64,000 bases of DNA from Rhizaria sp. SCN 62-66 (GCA_001724265.1 MEDY01000007.1:1-64000), one strand, 5' to 3'; positions 32,657-44,800 are shown, counted from the first letter of the stretch. Notes: a model not told the origin generated them from the letters alone. Program-made: numbers and translations.

Positions 32657-34279
32657 ATGTCTCTCGGCGGCGTCGAGACGTTCTTGATTATCTGCGCCAT
32701 CGTGGTGTCAGTCTTCATTCTGGGCATCGCCATCGTGATGATCATCAAGTTTCAGCACCCTGACGATAAGCTTCAAGCATGGATCCCTAAAATCGTTGTT
32801 ATTCTCTCTCTATACCTCCTCTTTGGCACCGGCATGATCATGCCCTACGACGTTGCGGCGCGAGGGAACCCGGGCATCGACATGGACCTGCTGTGGCAGA
32901 TCGTGCTCATCGCCGTCGCCGCCTTCGCGCTCCTCGTCGTGCCCTTCGCCTTCTTCTACTACGAGAGCGACATCGATGACGAGAAGGCCGACGGCCACTC
33001 GCGCTCATGCTGCGACGGCCAGCTCTGCTCCGCCGTCTGCTACACCCTGCTCTTCGCCCTCATCATCATCATTCTGTGCGTGATCCTCTACGCGACGCCC
33101 GCCAACACGGCCGTGGTACCTACCCACCGCATCGTGCAGGCCGTCAACAACATGGTCACCATCTGCACAGAGTCCCTCGGCGTTGCCGGCATCGCCGTCC
33201 AGCCCTTCCGCAACAACTCTCCCGCGGGCGAGGAGTGCCTCGCCGAGGGCGGCGGCTGCTCCTCGCTGGGCGCCACCTTCGACTGGGAGATCTCGGTCAC
33301 CTTCATCATCTACCTCTTCGCGCTTATGTCCTTCCTGGGCTGGTGGTTCTTCTTCATGTTCGCGGGCGTTGGCTTTGTCGGCCTCCCCTTCGACCTCATC
33401 AACGACTTCCGCACCCGTCCCAAGCCCATCACCAGCTCTATGTACTTTGACCAGTGCTCCGCACTAGTCTCGCGCTGCGACGCCCAGCTCGCCGTCGCCA
33501 ACGCGCTCCGCGACGGCCCCCGCGGCGCCAAGGAGTTTATGAACGCGCCCTCAGGCTTCGGCCAGCGTATGCGGCAGCGCAAGCTCGACCGCAAGATCAT
33601 CGCCGCCGAGCAGGACTTCTACACGCTGCGCCGCGACTTCGAGATCCTCAAGATCTCCAAGGAGTTTAGCAAGTCCAACCCGCTCTGGTACGGGCTCAAG
33701 CTCGTGCTCGGCGTGCTCGGGCTGCTTCTGTCGATCGCCTGGTTCCTGCACATCGTGCTCTTCATCCTGCCCGGCCGCAACAACGAGGTTGACCCGTTCC
33801 TCAACACGCTCTTCATCGAGCTCGACTCGCTCGGCGGCGGCAAGTTCCCGCTCTTCGGCGTCCTCGCCTACGCCATCTTTGTCTTCTGGCTCATGTGGTG
33901 CACTATGATCGGCGCCTTTAAGGTCGGCATCCGCATCCTCATCGTGCGCGTCTACCCCATGGAGGTCGGCAAGACGTACATGAACGCCTTCCTGGCCAAC
34001 GTCTGGATCCTGCTCCTGTGCATCTTCCCCCTGATCCAGTTCATCACCACCGCTTTCCCGCTTTACGCGCGCTACACGGCCGTCGAGGCCATCTTCGGGA
34101 ACCAGATCCGGTACCTCAAGGGCTTCAGCGTGTTCTGGAAGAACAACATCTTCATCATTATGATGCTCGCCATCTTTGTCCTCGCCGTCCCCGTCTTCCT
34201 CATCTGCCCCAACAGCAAGCGCAAGGAGCTCACCAAGCTCGTTGAGGCTAAGTCCTCGGAGCGCATCAAGCGCATCTAA
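32657..34279 (+). CDS. LMBR1/LIMR-family multi-pass membrane protein
   Basis: FQHPDDK.QAWIPKIVV, MPYDVA, PFAFFYYE, FAGVG..GLPFDLI.DF..RP, YPMEVGKTYMNAFLAN, FPLYAR; roughly 9 hydrophobic segments. Confidence 0.88.
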   Translation: MSLGGVETFLIICAIVVSVFILGIAIVMIIKFQHPDDKLQAWIPKIVVILSLYLLFGTGMIMPYDVAARGNPGIDMDLLWQIVLIAVAAFALLVVPFAFFYYESDIDDEKADGHSRSCCDGQLCSAVCYTLLFALIIIILCVILYATPANTAVVPTHRIVQAVNNMVTICTESLGVAGIAVQPFRNNSPAGEECLAEGGGCSSLGATFDWEISVTFIIYLFALMSFLGWWFFFMFAGVGFVGLPFDLINDFRTRPKPITSSMYFDQCSALVSRCDAQLAVANALRDGPRGAKEFMNAPSGFGQRMRQRKLDRKIIAAEQDFYTLRRDFEILKISKEFSKSNPLWYGLKLVLGVLGLLLSIAWFLHIVLFILPGRNNEVDPFLNTLFIELDSLGGGKFPLFGVLAYAIFVFWLMWCTMIGAFKVGIRILIVRVYPMEVGKTYMNAFLANVWILLLCIFPLIQFITTAFPLYARYTAVEAIFGNQIRYLKGFSVFWKNNIFIIMMLAIFVLAVPVFLICPNSKRKELTKLVEAKSSERIKRI

Positions 34280-35167
34280 GTTGGCGCATCCTCTCGAAGT
34301 GCGGTCTATCTTCCAAGTGGCATGCAACAAAGCATAAAGACAGTTTCGTAACTGCAAGTGTCTGCGTGAGTGTTGAGGGTTGTGGTTGTTGTGACGAGGA
34401 GCACTTGCAGTGTGTAGGTGCTGCTTTGCGGTATTATATTTTAGTGTTTATTTTTTGATGATCTGTCACCGTTCTATCTCCTATCTTTTTTCTTTCTTCA
34501 ATTATTTTTTTTGGCATCGATCTCTGCTGTGCTTTTGACATTTCATTCAAAACAAAGCGAGGGATTAATCTATATTCTTTGTCGTATTTGATTCGTGTCT
34601 TTCTTCATACACTACTCAATTAATATCATTCTACGTTTGTTTGCATTTGTCGATGCAGTGATGGAAATGGTGTTTAATGTATTGCTTGATTCTCCCGTAC
34701 GCGATGAGGCTGAAACAGACTTACACAGTCTGTCACACATTATGTCATGCGATGAGTCGATGATTTGCTTACAATGGTTTGGGTTCTGGGTCTTATGCTC
34801 GGCTAGGTATTCCCTCCAGTGCTGCGCGCGAGAGCGCAATTCACTTTTGAGATGGTTGTTTCATTGTGGGTCGTTACTATGCATTGAAGGTGTGTCCACT
34901 CTTGAATCTGCAGGTTTGTTTCCGGCCACATGCAACGTTGCTGTGCGGTTGTGAAGTTGGGCCAGCCAACAACAGAGAGCAGGTGCGACAGCTCTGTGAT
35001 CGGTTGAGTGGTTGTAAAAAACAACAAAACGTGAAACATGGAAATCAAGATGTCTCACGAAAATCACACTCAACATATCACAGACACGACTGAGTTATAC
35101 TTTTGGCACACTTGCCGCAATCTGCATCGAAGTCGTGTCAAGTCTGCTGCGACTGTTGCCGTGTCGC

Positions 35168-35895
35168 TTAGTCGCGCATCGAGGTCGGCAGCAGATACTC
35201 GCTGCCAGCGCAGCGGTCGAGCAGCGACGCAAACACGGGCGCTTGCAGACAAGGGCCAATCAGCGGCAAGCGGCGCAAAAACGAGAGCAGAATGGGGAAC
35301 AGATTCCTGTCAGGAGAAGAACAGCAGGTGCAAAGGAGGGGGATTTGTTAGCACAAGCTTGAATCAAGGGAAAATAAAGCAATACACCAAGAAAGAATGA
35401 CTCTTAGCGCTAAGACGAACATAATTTCTTGTTGCAAGGCGTTGGTGCAGTTTGTGTGCGTACCCGAAGAGGTTCATGATTCCGAAGATCTCGACAATCA
35501 TGCCGATGACCGGCCATCCGACGAGGCAGAGAACGATTCCCACAAGGAAGCAGATCGACCCGCGGATCTTAGCCCTGCTGGTAAAAAAGCGGACCGTCTT
35601 GGTGGGCCCGATGAGAAGGATGAGGCCGGCCAGGAGGACGAGGTTGCCGAGCGCGAGAAGCACACGGTCGAAGAGCAGGATCACGCCTAAGAGCAGGAAG
35701 ACGCAGCCGAAGCCCGTCAGCCCGATGCCGATCTCTAAACGCATGGCAGTTACGCAAAACACATAGAAACACGTCATGAATTTGTGAAAAAACAATGGCA
35801 AAAGGAATGTAGATGATTATGAGGTAGATAATTGCTGTTAAAGTGGTGTGTTGGTGTGGTGACGTACTGCGGTTGTCACTCACCCATGCGGTCAT
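35168..35895 (-). CDS. GOT1: Vesicle transport protein GOT1 (Got1/Sft2 family), 3 exons, 145 aa
   Basis: Exons 35895-35868, 35734-35464 and 35306-35168 give MTAWVSDNRKIGIGLTGFG..LLFDRVLLALGN..IGPTKT..GWPVIGMIVEIFG..LFGNLFPILLSFLRRLPLIG. Confidence 0.92.
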
Positions 35896-36496
35896 GCTTG
35901 GCGCGGAAACAGCAGAGAGTGCCCAGACGCGTTAAGGGTACGTTTTGAGGCAGATTTGGTTGTGTAGGAGAAGAGCGGATGCTTCGTTGGGGCAGTGTTG
36001 AGACGTTGGTGACCGGAAAGAAAGTGAGGTGAGGGAAGTGTGGTCTTTGCTGATGAGGCAATTCTGATAGTGCCACACGAGCGCCAGTACAGTTTTGGAG
36101 CAAAGATCAATTCCAAATCCATAAAGAAAACAAGTTGAATAGGCGGAAAAAAGTGATGACATTTTCATTGACGGATATCTGACGTCGCACAAAGCTGAAA
36201 CTAAAATTGACCGTTGGCTCGGTTGAACCGACTTTTTGCGAACCCTCCTCGCCAGTCTGCGATGACCGACAGTCAGAAACGTAACCGCCTTCCTCTATTT
36301 TTGGTTGTAGCTCCTTCTAAACTCCGTTATTCGATATGTTGCTTCATTTACTGATCCAAAAAGAACTGTTTTATAACATAACTCTTTTAGTCATTCCTAT
36401 GTTATTTCTGGCAATCTATACGCGCCCTCAATGTATCGTGCTCCTCTCCTCTGTATCGTTCCTAATTTCTCACAGCCACTGAGCCGTTCCAGCCCG

Positions 36497-39400
36497 ATGG
36501 ACGGCAGTGACGCTTACGCAGACGCGGGCCCGACTGAGCCCGGCATGCCTGCCGGCATTACCTCGGTCCAAATCTCCGCCAAGCTCTCTTGCGCCCACCT
36601 GCCTTTCCCCGCGTCGGCTGCTACTGCGTCCGGGGCCCCGCTCGTCACCATCGCTGTTTGCCTCACCGAGGAGGCCGACAGCAAAGAGCTCGCCATCGCG
36701 GCCACTACGGAGCCTTTTGACCGCTCACAGGTCATTGCCTTGTCGGCTAAGACCGCGCCCGTCCCCGCGGGGAAGACTGTGGACGCCGCCGCGCTGGACC
36801 GCAACCCGCCCTTCACGTCCCCGTTGTCGCTCATGTACTACCAGCCCCTGGACGACCGCGCGCTGTCCCCCGAGGAGGAGGCCTTCCTGACGCACCGCAA
36901 CACGGTCGTGCTGCGCATCTACCACCTGCCCGACATCGACCTGAGCGACGAGTCGGCCTCAGTGACGCTGCAGGACGAGCACATCATCGGCGCCGCCATC
37001 ATCGACCTGGCGACCGTGCTCGAGTCGGCCGCCGGCAGCGACTTCGCCGACCCGGTGCCCGTGCCGCTGTTCCTCTCCGTGCCTAGCGAGACGCCCGGCG
37101 GCGCCGCGCCCGACGCGCCTCCGCACGGTGTCACCGCGAAGCCTCTCGTGGAGGCGGCGACGCAGCAGCGCGCAACCGCAAGCCTCGTGTTCAAGGTCGA
37201 CGGAACCGCGTTTGAGCAGGACGAGCTCCCGCCCGGCACTGTGCTGCCGCTCAAGGACGAGAACGAGGCCCAGCACGAGGCGCAGCCCGAGGCACAGCCG
37301 GAGGCCCAGCATGAAGATGCGCAGCCCGAGGTTAAGCCTGAGCCTGAGGCCGCGCCTGCTGCTGCTGCTGCTGCTGCCGCTGCTGCCGTTGCCGCGCCCG
37401 CAGCGCCGAGCAAACCGGCCCCCGCGAAGCCTGCGCCGACCAAGGCGGCTCCCACCAAGGCCGCGCCCGCGCGGCCGCCCCCCGCGGCCGCTGCCGCCGT
37501 CGCGGTCGCAGAGGCTGCGACCGCTGCTGCAGAGTCCGCTGCTGCTGCCGCTGCTGTTGTGGAGCCCGCAGCAACGCTGGCTGAGCACGCGAGCGAGCAC
37601 GAGGCCAAGGGTGAGGCCAATACCGAGAACAATAACAGCGAGAAGCACAATGACAGTCACAAGACAGAGCCCGCTGCAGCCGAGCCCGCAGCAGCTGCTG
37701 CTGTTGCTGATTCAACACATGAGCACCACGATACTCATGAGCAGCCCAAGACGGACACTGTGGGCGCGTTTATGGCGAGCGCAGAGCCTGTTGAGGACCA
37801 CCGTGACAAGAGCGCCCACGACCACGGTGGCCACAAGGCGAAGGACGAGGTCAAGGACGAGAGCGCCGGCGCCAAGGACGCTCCTGCTGCTGCCACACAC
37901 TACAATGCCCACGACAACGCGCCGCTCCCGGCCCCGTCGCCAGTTAACGCGCCCGCCGCGGACGAGAAGGCCGCCGCCACCGCGCCGAGCAGTCCGGCCT
38001 CCGCCAAGGCCGACGCCGCCGGCGCCGCCGCGCCCGCCACGCCTCCCCCGCGCCAGCCCTCCGCGGCCCCCTCCAACGCCAGCGCTAATGTACACGCGAG
38101 CGCTGGCGCTGGTGTCGGCGCTGGTGCCGGCGCCGGTGCGAGCCGCAGCGTTGCGGGCAGCACGCCCGCGTCGGCCGCCGCGTCCCCGGCGCAGTCGCAG
38201 CGCCGTGCACTCGCCCCTTCGGCCTCGACGGCCTCGACCAACAACAACAACAACCCTGCTGCTAGCGCCGGCTCGCCTCCGCCCGCGAGCAACAACGGCG
38301 GCGGCAACGCCGCGAAGCCGCCGCGCGCGCCCGCCAACAGCGGCACGCCCCAGCCCTCAAACGCCAACACCAATGCTACCGCGAGTGCGGAGAGCGTTGG
38401 CAGCCCGAACAAGTCGCGGCGCGCGTCGATGACGGCGGCCCCCATGCCCGTGCCCGCGTCCCCGGCGCCCTCGCACGGGAGCGTCGCGGGCAAGGCCACG
38501 CCCAAGGCGCCCGCCCAGCCGCAGAGCCAGCCGCAGGGCCAGCAGCAGCCCGGACTGACGAGCTCAGCCTCGACTAGCCGGCTCACACCAGCACCGTCGG
38601 CCAGCGCCGTTGCGAATGCCAGCGCCGACGGCGGCGCCGGCACGGGCCGCCGCGGCTCCGCTGCGCTGCCGACCCCCGGCAGCAGTGCGAGCGCCGCGGC
38701 GGCGGCCCCCGCCCGGAGCCGCCCGCCGTCTGCGCGCCCGGTATCCGCGCAGCGCTACTCTGCGGGCAGCGGCGGCGCGCACGGGGCCGGGACGCCGCAG
38801 CCGCACGGCAAGGGCCCCGCGCGGCCCGGGAGCCGGCTTGCGATGCAGGGCGCGCACAGCAGCAGCCAGCAGCAGCTGCTCACGCCCCAGCAGCAGCAAC
38901 TGCACGACGATGCCGCGAGCAGCAGCAGTGACACGCCCGCGAGCCCCGGCATGCGGCCCGTGGCGCAGCCGCAGCAGACAGCGAGCTACGGCCGCGCGTC
39001 GTCGCCGTCGCCGCTGACCGAGTCCAACGTGTGGCGCGAGAAGGTGACGGTGCTCATGACGCAGAAGGTCGAGCTTGAGCGCACGCTCGACGACACCAAG
39101 TCGCTTCTTCAGGCCAAGACTGACGCCGCGCACGACACCGAGAACGCGCTTGCCGCCGCGCGCGCGGAGCTGGCCGCGATGCACGCGCAGCTCGAGATGA
39201 CGCGTGCGGAGCGCGACGACTGCCACCGGGAGCTCTCGGAGGCCCGCCAGACCATTCGCCACCTGCAGTCGCGCGACGCGCAGCTGACCGAGACGACCGA
39301 GGCCGCCGTGCGCAACGCCGACATCGCCGAGTCATCTTCGGCGACGTCCTCGCGCCAGCTCTACCTTATGCATCGTCTGGCGCGCCACCTGACCACGGTG

Positions 39401-40978
39401 GCCTTCGTCAAGATGTTTTCCGCTAAGCGCGCGCTGCTGCGCCTCATGTGCGGACTCTACTCGCGCGCCCAGTTCCTGCTCTCTGAGGTCACAGCGGACC
39501 CCGCCCCGCCGGAGCTGACGTCTTCGCTGCTGTCGGTCGCCGCGCGCTCGGCGGCGTCGCCCGCGCTGCCGGACCTGTACGAGCTGCTCAGCGACGAGGT
39601 CCGCGCCCCCGAGAGTCTCATGCATTGGGACCGGGCCGACTCGCGCGCGACCGGCACGCGCACCTCGAGCGCCAACCCGCACTCGCGCGCGCACGCCGCC
39701 TCAGCCGGCGCGGGCACGCAGTCCAACAGCTCCACCACCGCTGTCTCCGGCGCTGGCGCGGGCGGCGTGTTGTCCCCGGACCAGTTCAAATTCCGTCTCG
39801 CGTCGGTGCCCATGGACGCGCTGCTGGCCACCGTGGAGACGCTGAGCGAGGCGCTGGGCGAAGCCGTGGACGCGACGGTGCTGCAGAAGAGGCACTGGTA
39901 CCGCGCCACGCACGCCTTCTCGCAGCGCTCCGTGGAGCTGGCGGGCACGGCCAAGAACGCGCTGCTGATGCAGCACCTCCACGCCGCAGGGACGGGCCCC
40001 GCGGGCGGGCAGTCGGCGCTCTCGGCCGCGCCCGGCGCCGCGGCCGCCGCGGCTGCAGCGGCGGAGAACGAGGCGCGCGAGCGCGAGCAGGCGCAGCAGC
40101 AACAGCAGAGCCAGCTGCGCGCGGCCGCTGCGGCCGCCGAGCGCGACCGCGCGACGATCGCTACGCTCGAGGAGCGGCTTGAGCACAAGAAGCTGCAGAC
40201 GCAGGCCTACCAGCGGCAGTACCGCGTCGCGCAGGACCTGCTGACGGCGTCGGCGGCGCGCGCGACAGACCTGGCCGGGTACGTCGACACGCTGCAGCGC
40301 TGCTACGTGCGCACCGTGAGCACGCTGGGCGGTGCGACGGCGCTGGGCGAGTTCCCGCTCCCGCCGCCGCCGCTCACGCCTGTGGTCGACTCGACGCAGA
40401 TGGGCAGCGGCAGCCCGGCGCTGGGGATGACGAGCGGCAGCATGGGGCCGCGCCAGCAGGAGGGCGGCGCGGTGCCCAGCACGCTGCCCCCCATCCGCAA
40501 CGGCGGCGGCCCGCAGCAGCAGTACCAGCAGCAGCCCCCCGCGGTGGGCTACGCGGGCGGCTCGCCCGACCTGTACTCGAGCATGAGCGCGTCGCAGCGC
40601 GGCGAGCAGTGGCGCACGCCGCGCGAGACGACGCTGCAGCGGCAGGGCGCGAGCGACCGCCACGCCGCCTACGGCGACGCCGCGGTTGCGCAGCACGGCG
40701 GCAGCGGCAGGCAGCCGCAGCAGCAGGGCGGGGGCAAGGCCGCGCAGGTCGAGCGCGACTACGGCGGCGACTGCAGCGGGCCGCAGCAGCAGCATCCGCA
40801 GCAGCAGCAGGGCCAGGGCCAGCGCGTGCGCGTGCGCGCCAAGGGCGTGCAGCCCGCGGCCCAGCAGGGGCGGAGCCCGCAGCAGGGCCAGGGTCAGCCG
40901 TCGGCGGCCAAGATGGCCCACCTGGCCCGTCTTAGCACCTTCCTGGCCACTCAGGAACGCAGCCTATTCTCGAAGTGA
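36497..40978 (+). CDS. Large protein with an N-terminal divergent copine-like C2 domain, Ala/Pro/Ser low-complexity middle and coiled coils
   Basis: SVQISAKLSCAHLP..RNPPFTSPLSLMYY..LRIYH..EHIIGAAIIDLATVL follows the copine C2A pattern; heptad-like region near 39030-39330. ATG 36497 chosen because it follows CTAAT..CACAG (36462-36475). Confidence 0.7.
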   Translation: MDGSDAYADAGPTEPGMPAGITSVQISAKLSCAHLPFPASAATASGAPLVTIAVCLTEEADSKELAIAATTEPFDRSQVIALSAKTAPVPAGKTVDAAALDRNPPFTSPLSLMYYQPLDDRALSPEEEAFLTHRNTVVLRIYHLPDIDLSDESASVTLQDEHIIGAAIIDLATVLESAAGSDFADPVPVPLFLSVPSETPGGAAPDAPPHGVTAKPLVEAATQQRATASLVFKVDGTAFEQDELPPGTVLPLKDENEAQHEAQPEAQPEAQHEDAQPEVKPEPEAAPAAAAAAAAAAVAAPAAPSKPAPAKPAPTKAAPTKAAPARPPPAAAAAVAVAEAATAAAESAAAAAAVVEPAATLAEHASEHEAKGEANTENNNSEKHNDSHKTEPAAAEPAAAAAVADSTHEHHDTHEQPKTDTVGAFMASAEPVEDHRDKSAHDHGGHKAKDEVKDESAGAKDAPAAATHYNAHDNAPLPAPSPVNAPAADEKAAATAPSSPASAKADAAGAAAPATPPPRQPSAAPSNASANVHASAGAGVGAGAGAGASRSVAGSTPASAAASPAQSQRRALAPSASTASTNNNNNPAASAGSPPPASNNGGGNAAKPPRAPANSGTPQPSNANTNATASAESVGSPNKSRRASMTAAPMPVPASPAPSHGSVAGKATPKAPAQPQSQPQGQQQPGLTSSASTSRLTPAPSASAVANASADGGAGTGRRGSAALPTPGSSASAAAAAPARSRPPSARPVSAQRYSAGSGGAHGAGTPQPHGKGPARPGSRLAMQGAHSSSQQQLLTPQQQQLHDDAASSSSDTPASPGMRPVAQPQQTASYGRASSPSPLTESNVWREKVTVLMTQKVELERTLDDTKSLLQAKTDAAHDTENALAAARAELAAMHAQLEMTRAERDDCHRELSEARQTIRHLQSRDAQLTETTEAAVRNADIAESSSATSSRQLYLMHRLARHLTTVAFVKMFSAKRALLRLMCGLYSRAQFLLSEVTADPAPPELTSSLLSVAARSAASPALPDLYELLSDEVRAPESLMHWDRADSRATGTRTSSANPHSRAHAASAGAGTQSNSSTTAVSGAGAGGVLSPDQFKFRLASVPMDALLATVETLSEALGEAVDATVLQKRHWYRATHAFSQRSVELAGTAKNALLMQHLHAAGTGPAGGQSALSAAPGAAAAAAAAAENEAREREQAQQQQQSQLRAAAAAAERDRATIATLEERLEHKKLQTQAYQRQYRVAQDLLTASAARATDLAGYVDTLQRCYVRTVSTLGGATALGEFPLPPPPLTPVVDSTQMGSGSPALGMTSGSMGPRQQEGGAVPSTLPPIRNGGGPQQQYQQQPPAVGYAGGSPDLYSSMSASQRGEQWRTPRETTLQRQGASDRHAAYGDAAVAQHGGSGRQPQQQGGGKAAQVERDYGGDCSGPQQQHPQQQQGQGQRVRVRAKGVQPAAQQGRSPQQGQGQPSAAKMAHLARLSTFLATQERSLFSK

Positions 40979-41454
40979 TTTTGGAAATTGCTTCTTGTTG
41001 CTGTCTGCAGCGACATCAATCCCCGCGTTACACAATTGTTGTTTCATTGAGGTTTTGGATTACATTAGAATTTTAATTTTACCGATTATTCGTTGGTTTT
41101 TACGTGATACTACGTGTATTTGCACAATTAGCAGCATTGTGGCTATAATGATTACTTCATCATAATGTTACATGTACATGTACGTATATATGTACCAACA
41201 AATTGTTGCGAAAAAAAATCGCGCGTCGGCGCGAAAGGTCAAGGGAGACTGTAACGGGTCGAGATTGCCTCCTCAAGCTTTCGATATGTATTATTCCAGA
41301 CGGAAAGCAAAATAAATATATTGAATACTGGTAGTTTACACAAAGTGTCGGAATAACGAACATGTAACGGGGGTGAGCTTGGCTACTCAAACTTTGGCGA
41401 TAAGAAAACGTCATTCGCCGCTATCCAGGTTACATTACTAATGGTTACCATTTG

Positions 41455-41468
41455 GTTACCGTGGTAAC
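41455..41468. promoter_or_regulatory. Palindromic X-box-like element GTTACC-GT-GGTAAC within a cluster of half-sites
   Basis: Perfect 6-bp inverted arms; additional GGTTAC/GGTAAC copies at 41428, 41443 and 41471. About 385 nt upstream of ATG 41853. Confidence 0.4.
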
Positions 41469-41852
41469 GTGGTAACAGAGAGGGTTGTCTCTGTCTCACC
41501 ACAACTCAAATTTGCTCGATGTGTAGAAGATTTTTTGTCGAACTAACACTTGATCATTATGCACGGTATCCGCCGTCGATGGAGGTGCTGTTGTCTGTGA
41601 CAGATTATAAACATTTGTGATTGCATCGGTCTTTATTCGAATAACAAAAACCCGATCAACGACTCCATTTGAGCGAACCCAAAGCAGACAAGTTGTCGCT
41701 CTCGCAATTGGATCTTGCATCAGACTTAGTTGCTATATAAAGTCACACATATCGTTAATTTGAGCTTTTAAGCGGATGAATTCACCATCATAAGCTGTAT
41801 CCTTTTTGGAATCGCTGTGTATTATCCTTTAGAGGTTTTTATCTTTGTTAAA

Positions 41853-44800
41853 ATGACCTCGGTCGCTGCGACGACTCCAAGCAGCTCGAGCTGGAGCAAG
41901 CGTCTTGGCGCTATCTCAGCAGCGACAGTCGATAACAGCGCGCCATCAATGCCTAATTAGCGCGGTCACATTGCCCGACTTCCGCTCTACGAGTGTTTGT
42001 TATCAGCAATCCCGGAGGATCTTCCCTTTGAGGCCAAGATGTGCATCGCAGAGTACCTTCCTTCGCGCTCCGTGACCCGACTCTCCCACTACTTCCACTC
42101 TCTGCCACCACAGCTTGCCGCTAGCAACCGTGACGCCGCACCGTGCGTAGCTGCTAAGAGTACGCGGATAGAGCAGACTGATTTGACCCCTCTGGAGGCG
42201 TTCCGCGGCGACGGCGCCCCGTTCCAGCGCTTCCTGCCGCTCACGGACCCGCTGCTGCCGGGCGAGCGGCTGCTGTCGCTTTCGCTCGCGGCCACGCACG
42301 CGCCCCGCAGCGACGCAAAGCTCTTTCTCGCGCTTGTGTCGCCCGCGCGGACGCAGACGCGCGCGCTTCCACTTGACCTTGGGCCCGTCGCCGCCGCAGC
42401 TGCAGCTGCGGGCGGTGGCTACAAGTACGAGGCGGCAGTGAGCTACCACAAGCTTGCGCAGTGGCTAAGTTCCGCAACGTATCCCAGCACCACAAACGTT
42501 AATATGAACAATCAAGCTAGCTTGGCGGGCTGCTGGTGGGAGCTTTGGTACCGGCACAGCGACGGCGGCTACCTACACTTGAGCACGGATGCGAACAACG
42601 CGAGCCTCGAATCGAACTCGACTGCAACTTTCCGCGCAAGCGTTTCTGGAAGCGCGAGCGCAAATGCTGACGCGATCGACGTCTGCGATGTGGTCGTCAC
42701 GCTGACCCGTGGGTTTGCGGCGCCGACTCAGGACGATCTTACAGTGCTCCGCAACGCCCACAACGTCAACAGCACAAACGCTGCAGCTGATAGCATTGGG
42801 ACAGTCGCGGATGTCGATAGCTCAAATGTGGCGACGCACTCGACGACTGCTTGCGGTAGCGCAGACGACGCCTATGTCAACGCAGTTGTGAAGGCGGCGA
42901 TCGCTGCAACTGTCAATGACAACAGTTCTTCTGCTGTGGCAGAAAGCAGCGACAATTGCAAGCTAAATCAGCGCGGCGATGACCGCGCGCGCGCTCGTGC
43001 TGCTCTAGTGGCAGCGCCGTCAACGTGTCCCACCGACTCGCTTACGTGGCTCGTCGCCAGCGCCCCGCTCCCGCTGCGGGGCAGCGCAGGCGGCCCTGCT
43101 GTGGACGCAAGCGTTCCCGGCGTCACTGACGGCGCGAGCGTCTACAGGGCCAGCCGGCTTGCGCTCGCAATGACCAACGTGTTTGCGCACCACTACGAGT
43201 ACGACTTGTGCTACAACAGCCTTTGCGGCGACCCTCAGTGTGGCGCTCTTCTCGCGTGTACGATGCCTTCACTTGCATCGGATCCGATCTCGCAGGCTGC
43301 TTCGAGTGAGGTTGGGACGTACAGCGTGGCTATCGACCGCGTATACACATCCTCTTACAATAAGGGTCGGAAACCGGGCAGGTCAATGGAGTTGACGCCT
43401 TCGTACTACAGGCTGGACCATTGCGACTGCACTGTGGAGATGTGTGCAAGCGCACTCTCGGAGCACTTCGACCACGAGAAGCGCCGCAACTGTCTGCCGT
43501 TGGCGCACACGCGCGCGCATCGACGCGGCGCCAACGAGAGCACCAACACCGTTGTCAGCTTTGACAACACCCAAGTGGGACGCAACGAGTCTGCAAGCAC
43601 CGGAGGCGGCGCTGGATATATCCGCGAAAAGTGGGAAGACACCACTGCTCTTCGCGCCGCATTGGTGATTAGCGCAGACCGGTGCAGTGGCTCCGGCGAC
43701 ATCCGCGATGACAATAACGATAATGCGCGCTTCTCTGCAGCCACAACCGAACAAGTGAATAGCCACGGTCGCGGTAGCACTGATGGCAATATCAGCGGCT
43801 TGACTTACTTGCCGTGCATCGCGGTGCCTATTAGCACACCCCGCGCCCCGCTACCGCTGCTGCAATGGCCCGTGCTCAACGGCTGCGCGCATAAGCGGTT
43901 AGTGTACCCGCACTCGCAGCGCGCACTCGAGTTCGACGCGATTGACGCGCTCAGCTTTCTTACGCAGACGCGCGTAAACAAGCCGGGACAGCAGTCCCAG
44001 CAGCGTGAACATGACAGTGAGACAATATATGCACCCAAGCGGTTATTGGTTCTGCAGTACGCACAAATCATGCAACATCAGGCGCTTTTGCGCGCGATCC
44101 GTGTTGCTGCAGCGACTCCAGCACTTTGCGCGGACGCGTTCAACCAGCTTGCGGTAGCTGCGGAGGTGGCTGACGTTGATGCGTGCCGCGCGATGTTACA
44201 GGTGCCTGAGCGGTTGACACAATGTGCACAGGAGCAGAACGAGGCCCTACAGCCGAGTAATGAAGCGGTTTATTCCCAGTACGCGATCTTGCGGCGCAAG
44301 GCAGCCGCGGCGGGCGCGACGGCGGCGGCACTGGCGAGCGCGGGCGCGGTGATGGCCGAGAAGCCGTACGTAATGAGCGAGCACGCGCACGTTGCGCGCT
44401 TGCCGCTGTACCGCATGCTCATCGAGGCGGGTCGTGCGCGCGAGAATGCCACCGTTAACGACCCGACGTGCGCGGCTGCGGCAATGAATGACAGCAATCA
44501 CAGTCAGCAGCGTAGCTTTGTCGGCGTCCCCGCTGCTGCAATGTTGCAGATTGCCGCTTATATTCCAGTCACGGAAACCGTAACTGTAAGCGGCTTTGCC
44601 AGTGGCCAGAACTATAACAACTGCATCATCAGCCGCCGTCTGCTCACAGTCACGGACCCGTTCCTGCGCGGCGAGCGCCCGCTAGAAGTGACTGTGAGCG
44701 CGCTCTGGAACGACCAGGGCTGGGGTTTCCACAAGATGACGCTCATTCTTGTGCTGCGCTCGCCGGACCCACACACACGGGACAAGAGGGTTAACGTGCT

